From the NCBI GenBank assembly GCA_950054255.1, contig CATLOR010000001.1:583589-647588 (forward strand): DNA of 64,000 bases, given 5' to 3'. This DNA comes from an uncultured Rickettsiales bacterium. Lineage in GTDB: Bacteria; Pseudomonadota; Alphaproteobacteria; Micavibrionales; GCA-2720935. Positions 47,401 through 52,558 of this stretch are shown one piece after another (within the stretch, counting starts at the first letter, position 1; every line of letters starts with the position of its first letter). Both the position numbers and the translations under genes were made by a program. The notes under the pieces are model-generated. The model did no database searches, was not told the DNA's origin, and worked only from the letters and a program-made list of their open reading frames with translations.

Positions 47401-50298
47401 AATGATATGGATGGTGGCGCTGGTGTTGATACTGTTGATTATTCTAATGCTGGTGGCAATGTTACGATTAACCTTGCAACGGGTTCTGTGACTGGTTTTG
47501 GTACAGATACTGTTACAAATATTGAAAATGTGATTGGTTCGGATAACAATGATACGATTGTAAGTGGCTCTGGTAATAATGATCTAGATGGTGGCGCTGG
47601 TACAGATACACTTTCATTTGCGAATGCTGGATCAGGTGTCACAGTTGATATGGGTGCAGGCACAGCAACAGGTGATGGTAGTGATACATTCTCTAACTTT
47701 GAAAACTTAACAGGTTCAAGTAATGCTGACAGCTTAACAGGTGATGCTAACGTTAATACAATCAATGGTGGCGGCGGTACCGATACAATTGATGGTGCTG
47801 GTGGTGCAGATGTGATTAATGCTGGTGGCGGTAATGATACAATCATCTTTGATGCAAGCGATACATCTGTTGATGGTGGCGCTGGTACTGATACCTTAGT
47901 TGCAAGCAACTCTGGTGATACAATTGATCTAAGTGTTGGTTCAATCACAAATGTTGAAAATATTACAGGTGGTACAGGTGCTGACACCTTAACAGGTGAT
48001 GCTGCTGTAAACACAATTAATGCAGGTGCTGGTGCGGATATCATCGATGGTGGCGCTGGGGCAGATATCATTAATGCTGGATCAGGGAATGATACAATCA
48101 TCTTTGACGCAAGCGATACATCGGTTGATGGTGGTGCAGATACTGACACAATTCAATTAAGCAACTCAGGCGATACGATTGATTTAAGTGTTGGTTCAAT
48201 CACAAATGTTGAAAATATTACAGGTGGTACAGGCGCTGATAACATTACTGGTGATAATGCAGCAAACGTTATTAATGCAGGTGCTGGTGCGGATATCATT
48301 GATGGTGGCGCTGGGGCGGATACAATTGATGCAGGGGCTGGGAATGATACCGTTTCTTATGATGCATCAGATGTTTCAATTGACGGTGGCGCGGACACAG
48401 ATACGCTTCAATTAGGTAACGGTGGTGTGACTTATACGCTTAACACAGGAAACACGAGCAATTTTGAAAACATTACAGGTGGTACAGGTAACGATACATT
48501 AACTGGTGATGGTTCTGCAAACGTGATTAACGGTGGATCAGGGAATGATACGCTTGATGGTGCTGGCGGTGCGGATACGCTTAACGGCGGTGCTGGTAAT
48601 GATACAATTATCTATGACGCAGCGGATACATCAATTGATGGTGGCGCGGATACTGATACGCTTCAATTAAGTAATGCTGGTGATACAGTTGATTTAAGTT
48701 CTGGATCAATTAGCAATATTGAAATTGTTCAAGGTGGTACAGGCGCTGATAATATTACTGGTGATGGTAATGCAAATACAATCAATGGCGGTAATGGTAA
48801 TGATACAATTAATGCTGGTGGCGGTGCCGATATCATTGATGGTGAAGGCGGATCAGATACAATTGATGCTGGCGCTGGTAATGATACAATCATCTTTGAC
48901 GCGGCTGATACATCGGTTAATGGTGGCAGTGGGACAGATACCTTAGTTGCAAGCAACTCAGGTGATACAATTGACCTAAGTGTTGGTTCGATCACAAATG
49001 TTGAAAATATTACAGGTGGCACAGGTGCTGATACCTTAACAGGTGATGCGACTGTGAACACAATTAATGCAGGTGCTGGTGCGGATATCATTGATGGTGG
49101 CGCTGGGGCAGATATCATTAATGCTGGATCTGGTGATGATACAATTATCTTTGATGCAAGTGATACATCAATTAATGGTGGTGCGGACACAGATACAATT
49201 CAATTAAGCAATGCTGGTGATACAATTGACCTAAGTGTTGGTTCGATCACAAATGTTGAAAATATCACAGGTGGTACAGGTGCGGATAACATTACTGGTG
49301 ATGGCAGTGCAAATGTGATTAATGCAGGTGCTGGTGCGGATACTATTGACGGTGGTGCGGGCGCAGACACAATTGATGCTGGTGCTGGGAATGATACAGT
49401 TGCTTATGATGCACTTGATGTGTCAATTGATGGTGGCGCGGATACAGATACACTTGTTACAGATAATAGCGGTGTCACAGTAACATTGAATTCAGGTAAC
49501 ATTAGTAACTTTGAAAACTTAACTGGTGGTACAGGTAACGATACTTTAACGGGTGATGCTTTTGATAATACCATTAATGGTGGTGACGGTAATGATACGT
49601 TAGATGGCGCTGCGGGTACAGATATTTTAAATGGTGGTGCTGGTAATGATATCTTAGATGGTGGTGTTGGTGCAGATACGTTAAACGGTGGCTCAGGTAA
49701 TGATACATTAGATGGTGGTGCTGGTTCGGATATTTTAAATGGTGGTGATGATATTGATACAGCTGATTATTCTTCATCTGCGGCCGTTTCTGGTGGTGAG
49801 ATCAGAGGCGCGACATCAACATTCTTAAATGTTGGTCCTGCAACAGATACATTAAATGACATTGAAATCATCGATTTATCAGGTAATGATGATACCATCA
49901 ACATTGACGCCGATGGTTTAGCAGATCTAACAACACTTGATGGTCAAGGTGGTACAGATACCTTTATCTGGTTAGATACTTCTGGTGGTGCTGATCTGAC
50001 AGACTCTGGTATTGATGGTGTTGATATGGCTTCTGTCTTTAGAAATGTTGAGACAATCGACTTTAGAAATACAGATATCACAGGTATAGATACATTTGAT
50101 ATTGGTGATGATGAGATCCGTGCAATGACAGATGGTGGCGATAGCTTGACAATCTTAATTGATGGTACAAATATCACATTGAATGACTTCTCATTCTTGG
50201 ATCAAACATCAAGCGTTGATACAAATAATACAGATAACACAACATTCCGTACTGTTACTTGGGCAGATGGAACACAAGTTGATATTCAAGTTAGCTAA
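32413..50298 (+). CDS. Giant RTX (repeats-in-toxin) calcium-binding beta-roll protein, a probable T1SS-secreted adhesin, 5961 aa
   Basis: It is a single uninterrupted 17,886-nt ORF with GAGGAG 8 nt before the ATG. From about residue 430 onward it contains GGxGxDxL/I nonapeptides throughout. These are organised in modules of the form ...DYS..A..V.VDL..G.A..DG.G..DTL..IENV.GS..(N/D)D.(I/L).GD. The N-terminal ~430 aa and the C-terminal ~170 aa are non-repetitive, and there is no Cys-rich or enzymatic domain. T1SS genes flank it. Confidence 0.9.
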   Translation: MKDIQMPQSGTEEMVVIQPGEHINIVGVSFDQVSVDIVGTDIVIFNEAAGSKLVFPGMGLLIFEQSLAPEISFGGESVGVNKFVSRVGEVGNLTVKDFIAISSILPQKSDSEEENLQSAEVDAKSEKQQETVASSSSAPTEAPVESQSQSSQKKVEEDKAKTKTPPNAVDEEGTSDGTFEAVAQSDGAPPASTNPNISPTLGEAPEEPVTSLSIDANLLQVAATQETLTVGAQDVRFIYGGGGSATSFFDPENQHQFSTEAIDASNSLLSTNIIADNPDYYSDVQMARVLQIEPTAPDAFFVTEITITGLPDGYGIVGQERQEDGSFLIENPDYTGQGDIRFIITYPIPAYESFVLEFDFLAEFDTQFAADNGIRATSITELEFSFDQKVEQNDVSGPDDLNYTDIEGDFVWVLANAPNDNRIVGSAQDDDITGNSASDFVTAGAGNDIVRGGAGDDTLDGEAGNDTLIGGTGSDSYIGGDGVDVVDFTDITAVIEVDLSDLNVDNFAVIDIDRLGPAPEQDFIREVENIDSGSGSDVLTGNASDNYFQGNDGNDILAGLGGNDILDGGTGSDTADYSREAQAVTVDMSLTVDLENKFAVIDSETNLDTLISIENIIGTDFDDSITTDENDNIIQAGLGDDYINAGAGDDTIDGGAGVDTLDYSTSTTSVSIDLGGPQNGNGYISASSGVDNDLVINVENIIGSLLNDNISGDANDNFLRGLDGSDTLRGADGDDTIDGGIGSDLINGDAGDDTIIASIGSDVIDGGTGSDTVDYYNLATINPGAEAITVLLDNTNAVTVTVINGDDDQIRGVENIRGTTFNDNITGDDANNHLRGMEGDDTLSGRLGDDILDGGAGIDTADYTLATSGIDVDLALNTVFADGDGGNDTIISIENIRGSSFDDVILGSGSAETLSGFAGNDRIAGRGGNDIIDGGLGNDTVDYATQANAVIVDLIAGTGLDTVDSSVDTLISIENVIGSAFDDQIVTDVNFNDIRAGTGDDIMIGSDGSDTYDGGAGDDFIDYLFSGATSLSVTLDSSNNASVTLAGLGTVDTIRNVEGIGGTFGNDTMIGDALANTFSGDDGDDFFQGGLGADLILGGTGNDTFSLDDLSGTGFGVNMNLVLGTAEDTFSGSIDNFVGIETYILTDAADTVISSAFAETVQAGAGDDVINASAGTDTFDGGTGVDTLSYTNFAAGNAITVDLDAGNAVSVTVSGGSVDTISNIENVTGSQGDDVISGDGLINHLIGGQGNDILDGEANDDILEGGFGNDTLIGGLGDDTLIGGTGSDTADYSGAAGNIIVDMTGNIASADGDGGVDIFDSIENVIGTDFNDTIAGNAFANTLTGGAGDDTISGGSGSDTLDGGAGTGDRLRFDELVDGFININIGTGSATYSADSSVDSFMNFEFYELTAQNDIVTGSTGIDDVQTLAGDDTINASAGDDIYDGGDGSDTIDYSASGATSISVALAGTSTTTVTVSGLAGDDTIRNIENVTGSTGNDTITGDSNVNRILGQAGDDIIIGGAGSDILDGGAGTDTLRFDDLVGAGIQIDFDVNRATFFGDSSQDVFSNFEIFYMSNQDDIINSFTGAETVFGLGGDDTFNADSGADTFDGGTGTDTVDYSGMATANFITVTLNGNADATVTINGDASVDTIRDIENVIGTAGADTITGDAEGNDLSGLSGADILDGGDGDDYLRGGNDNDTLIGGAGSDTLDGGLGTDTADYSGAAAGINANLGANSVSNDGDGGGDNLISIENIRGSNFADNVFGNAFVNSIFGLDGNDILRGGEGSDFLDGGDGTDTLRFDDLLNSGITLDLQAGTANYSFDNSTDTFTNFENYVTTALDDVISGSAGVDIVNAVSGQDLFNASAGNDQLDGGLGTDEVDYSGLSGVSITLTLDTSNYATVTVTGGDDDQIRNIENVTGSTGADDITGDSFVNVIDGDAGDDTLRGRGGNDVLDGGAGTDTADYSLAAGAVNVDLSINRAISDGDGSTDTLNNIENVSGSVVDDTLAGDAGNNVLFGNTGNDTLRGRGGDDTLDGGVGTDEADYSLAAAGVTIDLLNGQTTDDGDGGVDTLVNIEDLIGSGFDDDITGDDGANTITGGAGNDILRGEGGDDFLAGGSGTDTIDYRVASGSVSVDLTSSQTSNDGDGGVDTLSSIENVIGSAGNDLIIGNALGNVLNGDAGNDDLRGRGGDDTLDGDGGIDTANYVLATNAVTVDLSVGQATDDGDGGVDTLIEIENVTGSINNDTLTGDSGINTLNGGDGDDLLEGLGGDDTIIGGIGTDTVTYANSTAGVTVDLFNSTTTNDGFGGVDTLVTIENITGSGNADSLTGDNSANLISGGAGNDTIRGRGGNDDLRGGAGTDTVDYSLASSGVVVDLAINNTSNDGDGGIDTLSGFENIQGSNFADVLNGDAANNTINGGVDNDTLYGAGGNDTIIGGDGDDTVSYDRAAAAVTVDLALGLAVNDGDGGIDTLTTIENVLGSDFDDTLTGDNLANTLSGGAGVDTLDGGDGDDLLQGDAGNDNFIASAGADTFDGGTGSDTLDYQNLAGANFITVSLLGSSDATVTVDGGSADTVRNVENITATAGADTLIGDGNANTFFGLGGADRLIGGGGTDTLDGGAGTDVVDYSTSIAGVNVDLSTNQATDDGLGATDNIFNVENIRGSIYGDTLKGDGATNTVDGDQGNDTFLYSGGNDILDGGADIDTVDYSQDGSVTSISVTLTNSTLATVTVNGGDNDQVRNIENITATSGSDSIFGDTADNTITLLGGNDFARGGLGSDTFDGGAGYDILYFDDIAGGGITLDLGAATATFDGDASTDTFTGFEEYWGSNQGDLLTGSANADLIYGNGGDDIFYGTAGTDTLDGNGGSDTINFASYAAANFITVTLNGGTAANVVVNGSDTDSIVNIENVTGSQGDDVITGDSGINTLSGGLGDDTLDGGLGNDFINGDAGADMILGNDGADNIDGGAGVDTLDYSVHGNANAITVTLNDSGNAGVQIDGAEDDIIRNIENIIGTAGADVIIGDTQQNLLEGRDGNDFLTGGTGADTLDGGDGIDTADYSVFGSTGAISVTLNGSNDVTVNVTGDDNDTIRNIENVIGTLNNDTIIGDSLDNELTGNDGDDTLIGNGGMDTLDGGDGSDTVDYSLDVTATAISVILNADATATVTVTGSPDVDLIRNIENIIATAGNDTIEGDFLANNLRGLAGDDTFNNIGDGDVIDGGADTDTIYNGLLGNVTIDMSTISMGYATATNGTESYQFINVENFRSFENLNATYDITGDANDNIITTSNDRNNNDTVRGGGGNDTISTYEGNDTVYGDAGDDIINTGNGNDTVYGGDGNDTITGNGTMYGDAGDDVINFSGTAYGGDGDDTITGTNSTSNDTIYGGAGNDTLSGGNYSDTIYGGDDNDTIYGGNHTDTLYGDAGDDIIYGGNERDRLYGGDGDDQLFGQNNNDRFYLSNGTDHIDGGSQGGNNIGDANILSNGSYGDYIMGSDLSDVTGATRITVDLQAGTFSTDAGTSGTLTNIESVIGNTGNDVVTDNGSNNDIELGAGDDIIYADGGGNDYFRGDAGSDTLDYTGEAGNISVNLNTVAAGAVTVSVDSGAEADIIYGFERFIGGEGNDYIIAHASDTTYLAGGAGNDYLLGDDGVLVEAGDGNDRLGSRASGGATLDGGAGNDTVEYSGTNGQSSGTAGISVTLQETGDTTVDYLDGSATDETIRNIENITGSDYADQITGNSVTNILIGGAGNDTFGASDGNDTYNGGSGSDTLDYSGFLTATAITVALLDSGTATITVTGVGNQFADGIENVTSTAGADDITGNASANTINTGAGNDIVRVSSGADVLNGGADTDTFRADALATGNGILNLTAGTFTNASEGVTTFLSNFEIYYTTNQADTITLHTTDEEVYALNGDDTIIASTGADLIDGGAGTDTLSYNSISGLTGITVTLDGSNDATVTVNGNSDQTIRNIEHLTGSQGNDNITGDAGNNILIGDIGNDTINGGDGDDTIAGGFGNDTLNGGIGTDLLDYSATSGGLDVNLQSGVVASDGQGGSDTVSNFEDVDGGSGDDIISGNNLDNVIDGGVGNDTIQGRGGDDTLIGGGGSDTLSYANAASGVTVDLTSGNVADDGDGGSDTFSGFENLTGSANADNLTGTGSANIITAGAGNDTIVATAGDDTLDGEGGTDIVDYSNAGGAVTVNLDAGTASGFGNDTLANIENVIATANNDTITLNALNNDIDAGAGNDTIFAGYGGTNDIDGQGGGLDIVDYSNSANAVTVDLDAGTATGTGISDTLSNIEGAVGTNANDVFDGDGNNNTFTGGLGIDTITYADDIAPVLVDLTNNFAIDGSASTDTLVGIENVIGTVGDDTIFGDGQANVITGNGGTDFIATAAGNDTIIMSNILNSTLDGGAGFDLIDFSGFGSALTIDLLAGGQTATDGVNTDTLVSIENIIATDFNDIIIGSSVNNDIDGGAGTDTIAFLNATGGVVVSLLAGTATGDGSDTFSNIENVVGSTNNDTIAGDAGDNDLDGDTGTDTLTYAAAAGGVTIDLDAGTVTGDGNDTISNFENVIGSANADTIGGDSGNNDLNGGAGTDTLTYASAAGSVNIDLTAGTVTGDGNDTVSNFENVIGSSNDDTIKGDTGNNNLNGGAGTDTVSYAGVGSSVSVDLQAGTATGHGNDTLSNFENIIGGNNADILVGDTGVNSIQGGAGDDILEGGAGNDTLDGGAGGTDTASYTNGTEGANINMGTGVVSNDGYGNSDTLIDIERVEGTNFADTIVGSANNDTIISNSGNDTITAGDGNDTINAGLGNDTIFAGAGNDNINGGGGVDTINYSAATGAVTVNLQNSTASNDGFGDADTINGVENVVGSAQNDTIGGDTGDNNLDGGAGTDTLSYASTGSAVTVDLDAGTATGHGTDTISNFENVTGGTGNDTIGGDSGNNVINGGSGNDTVTYASAAGGVTINFNTNQVTGDGTDTLISIEDAIGSDNADTFIAGSSSNDMDGGAGVDTVDYSNAGGNVTINLATGSVTGFGTDTVTNIENVIGSDNNDTIVSGSGNNDLDGGAGTDTLSFANAGSGVTVDMGAGTATGDGSDTFSNFENLTGSSNADSLTGDANVNTINGGGGTDTIDGAGGADVINAGGGNDTIIFDASDTSVDGGAGTDTLVASNSGDTIDLSVGSITNVENITGGTGADTLTGDAAVNTINAGAGADIIDGGAGADIINAGSGNDTIIFDASDTSVDGGADTDTIQLSNSGDTIDLSVGSITNVENITGGTGADNITGDNAANVINAGAGADIIDGGAGADTIDAGAGNDTVSYDASDVSIDGGADTDTLQLGNGGVTYTLNTGNTSNFENITGGTGNDTLTGDGSANVINGGSGNDTLDGAGGADTLNGGAGNDTIIYDAADTSIDGGADTDTLQLSNAGDTVDLSSGSISNIEIVQGGTGADNITGDGNANTINGGNGNDTINAGGGADIIDGEGGSDTIDAGAGNDTIIFDAADTSVNGGSGTDTLVASNSGDTIDLSVGSITNVENITGGTGADTLTGDATVNTINAGAGADIIDGGAGADIINAGSGDDTIIFDASDTSINGGADTDTIQLSNAGDTIDLSVGSITNVENITGGTGADNITGDGSANVINAGAGADTIDGGAGADTIDAGAGNDTVAYDALDVSIDGGADTDTLVTDNSGVTVTLNSGNISNFENLTGGTGNDTLTGDAFDNTINGGDGNDTLDGAAGTDILNGGAGNDILDGGVGADTLNGGSGNDTLDGGAGSDILNGGDDIDTADYSSSAAVSGGEIRGATSTFLNVGPATDTLNDIEIIDLSGNDDTINIDADGLADLTTLDGQGGTDTFIWLDTSGGADLTDSGIDGVDMASVFRNVETIDFRNTDITGIDTFDIGDDEIRAMTDGGDSLTILIDGTNITLNDFSFLDQTSSVDTNNTDNTTFRTVTWADGTQVDIQVS
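47842..49653 (+). repeat. In-frame higher-order tandem duplication inside the giant gene (1047-nt period)
   Basis: The block 47842-48888 consists of four ~85-94-aa units. Its first three units recur at 48889-49653 with only scattered substitutions. For example, GATACCTTAGTTGCAAGCAAC occurs at 47890 and again at 48937. Confidence 0.85.
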
Positions 50299-50440
50299 GA
50301 TCTTGAAATAAAGTTTGTATTACGACAAGTCTATAGAGGTTTTTTTAAGACTCTTGTTTCAAAATAGAGTAGGATAACAAAAGTTGTCTCCTTCATCTCT
50401 TGAAGGTGTGTCTGAGTATCATTAAGAAAATCTACGGGTC

Positions 50441-52552
50441 ATGGAACACGGAAATATATTAAAATGCGCGCATTATATCCTCACTTTTTATGGAGTTGAG
50501 GTGGATTTTGATGGTGTTCTTTCTCAATTAGATATTGATAGAGAAAATTTAACGGGCAAAGATCTCGAAAAAATCGCAACTAAGACACATATGAGCTTTA
50601 AAAAAGAAGAGCTATCGATCAAACGTATCGTTCAAATGAATGTGCCTCTCATTCTTAAGGTTTCAAAAGATTTATATGCTGTTTTCCGCCCAGGTATGGG
50701 AGGGCAGAATGAATTCTTAGTCCCTGGTGGGCAACCAGAAGATCAAGAACGTCTTCATGCAGAAATTCAAAATTATGAAGGCGAAGTATATTTTTTATAT
50801 CCAGAAAGTGCTGAAAATGATCTTGATATAGAGCATATGATTAAAGGTAATAAGTTAGATTGGTTTTGGAAACCGATTATTGACTATTGGGGACATTATT
50901 CCGAAATTCTTATTTGCTCGCTTTTCATCAATTTATTTGGGCTTATCATGCCTGTTTATACATTGAATGTGTATGACCGTGTAATTGTAAATTTTGCTGA
51001 ATCCACCTTAATTGTTTTGTTGGTGGGGGTTTTAATTGCTCTGACATTTGATTTCTTATTCAAAAATGTGCGGGCCTATATTTTAGAAAAAGTAGCCTCA
51101 TCCATTGGGACAAAGCATGATCGAGAATTGATGGAGAAATTTATGTTATTGCGTGCCCCTGGCTTGCAATTAACGGTTGGTGAGAAAGCGTATTTATTTA
51201 AAGAATTACAAGGTATTAGAGATTTTTATTCAACAAAGCTTGTGCCAGCATGCGTGGATTTCCCATTCTTTTTATTATTCTTATGGGTGATTTATTTCTT
51301 GGCACCAACATTGGTTTGGGTTCCGATCACGATTGCTGTTGTTATCTTCTGTGTTGATATTTTTATTCAAATTCCTTTAAATCATGCAATTAAAAGTTAT
51401 TTCTCGGCTATGAAAGATAAGTCAACGATGATGTATGAAACATTATCAGGACTTCGCACAATGCAATTATTTAATGGTGTTGGTCAGCGTTTATTTAAAT
51501 GGAATCTTGTAACATCGAAATCTTTTGAAGCGCGTCGCTATAATCAGGTCATTATGACGGTGGTTGCGAATTTCTCAGGTTATATGATCCAGCTATCAAA
51601 TGTGTTGGTTGTCTTTTTTGGTGCTTATGAGATCAGTGAAGGGAATTTGACAATTGGGGGCTTGATCGCGTGTTCTATTTTATCAGGAAGAGCTTTAGCG
51701 CCTGTTATGAATTTGTCTTCGATTATTTCAAACTATAAACTAACAAAAGATGTATTAGACACAGTAGATCAGATCTTTAAATTGCCTGATGATAATATTT
51801 ATAACCGTGGTTTAGGTATTAAGAAGGATAAATTTAATGGTGATATAGAGGCGCGCAATTTATTTTTCCAATATACAGGACAAGAACGTATGGCCTTAGA
51901 AGATATTTCCTTCAAAATTACAGCAGGTGAGAAAGTCGGTTTGATTGGTCGTTCTGGTGCGGGTAAGTCAACGCTTACAAATGTTATTCTTGGTATATAT
52001 CCTCCAACAAAAGGAATGGTTTACTTTGATAATTATATGAGCCAAGCAATTGCTTCGACAGAATTGCGTCGAAATATGGGCTATGTGCCACAACATTCTT
52101 TCTTTTTTAAAGGAACGATCAAAGAAAATATCATGATGGGTCGTGATATTGCTTATGAAGAGAATTTAGAAGAAATCATTCATATTTCTGGTGTTGATCT
52201 GATCTTGCAACAAAGCGGTGAAGGTCTTGATATGGCGATTGAAGAAAATGGTGAAAATTTATCAGGAGGGCAACGTCAATCAATAGCAATCGCACGTGCT
52301 CTTATTACAAAACCAAATATTTTACTGTTTGATGAGCCTACAACAGGTATGGATATGATGTTGGAACAACATATTAAAAAGACATTATCAGCCTACTTAA
52401 AGAATAGAACATTGATTATGATTACACACCGCACAAGCTTGATGCCCCTTATTGATCGCATTATATTGCTGGATAATGGTCGTAGAGTTGCTGATGGACC
52501 GCGTGATGATGTTTTGGCAAAATTAGCAGGAAAAGGAAAGAAAGGAGAGTAA
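50441..52552 (+). CDS. Type I secretion ABC transporter (HlyB-like) with an N-terminal C39-like domain
   Basis: It is 703 aa. It has an N-terminal ~130-aa peptidase-C39-like region without the Q-x-ECG catalytic context, a six-TM domain, Walker A GRSGAGKST, signature LSGGQRQ and Walker B ILLFDEPT. Confidence 0.93.
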   Translation: MEHGNILKCAHYILTFYGVEVDFDGVLSQLDIDRENLTGKDLEKIATKTHMSFKKEELSIKRIVQMNVPLILKVSKDLYAVFRPGMGGQNEFLVPGGQPEDQERLHAEIQNYEGEVYFLYPESAENDLDIEHMIKGNKLDWFWKPIIDYWGHYSEILICSLFINLFGLIMPVYTLNVYDRVIVNFAESTLIVLLVGVLIALTFDFLFKNVRAYILEKVASSIGTKHDRELMEKFMLLRAPGLQLTVGEKAYLFKELQGIRDFYSTKLVPACVDFPFFLLFLWVIYFLAPTLVWVPITIAVVIFCVDIFIQIPLNHAIKSYFSAMKDKSTMMYETLSGLRTMQLFNGVGQRLFKWNLVTSKSFEARRYNQVIMTVVANFSGYMIQLSNVLVVFFGAYEISEGNLTIGGLIACSILSGRALAPVMNLSSIISNYKLTKDVLDTVDQIFKLPDDNIYNRGLGIKKDKFNGDIEARNLFFQYTGQERMALEDISFKITAGEKVGLIGRSGAGKSTLTNVILGIYPPTKGMVYFDNYMSQAIASTELRRNMGYVPQHSFFFKGTIKENIMMGRDIAYEENLEEIIHISGVDLILQQSGEGLDMAIEENGENLSGGQRQSIAIARALITKPNILLFDEPTTGMDMMLEQHIKKTLSAYLKNRTLIMITHRTSLMPLIDRIILLDNGRRVADGPRDDVLAKLAGKGKKGE

Positions 52553-52558
52553 GTCACT

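Noticed and set aside
47842-49653. Regularly spaced near-identical segments as a possible CRISPR array
   Set aside because: The repeats are contiguous, in-frame coding units of 255-282 nt within a continuous ORF. There are no unique spacers and no cas genes.
33101-50177. About 40 plus- and minus-strand ORFs of 60-236 aa inside the giant gene
   Set aside because: All are alternative or antisense frames of the 17.9-kb ORF. The GGT/GAT/ACA-rich repeat codons keep other frames open. Their products are monotonous (for example Pro/Ser/Val-rich or His/Tyr-rich) and mirror the repeat periodicity.
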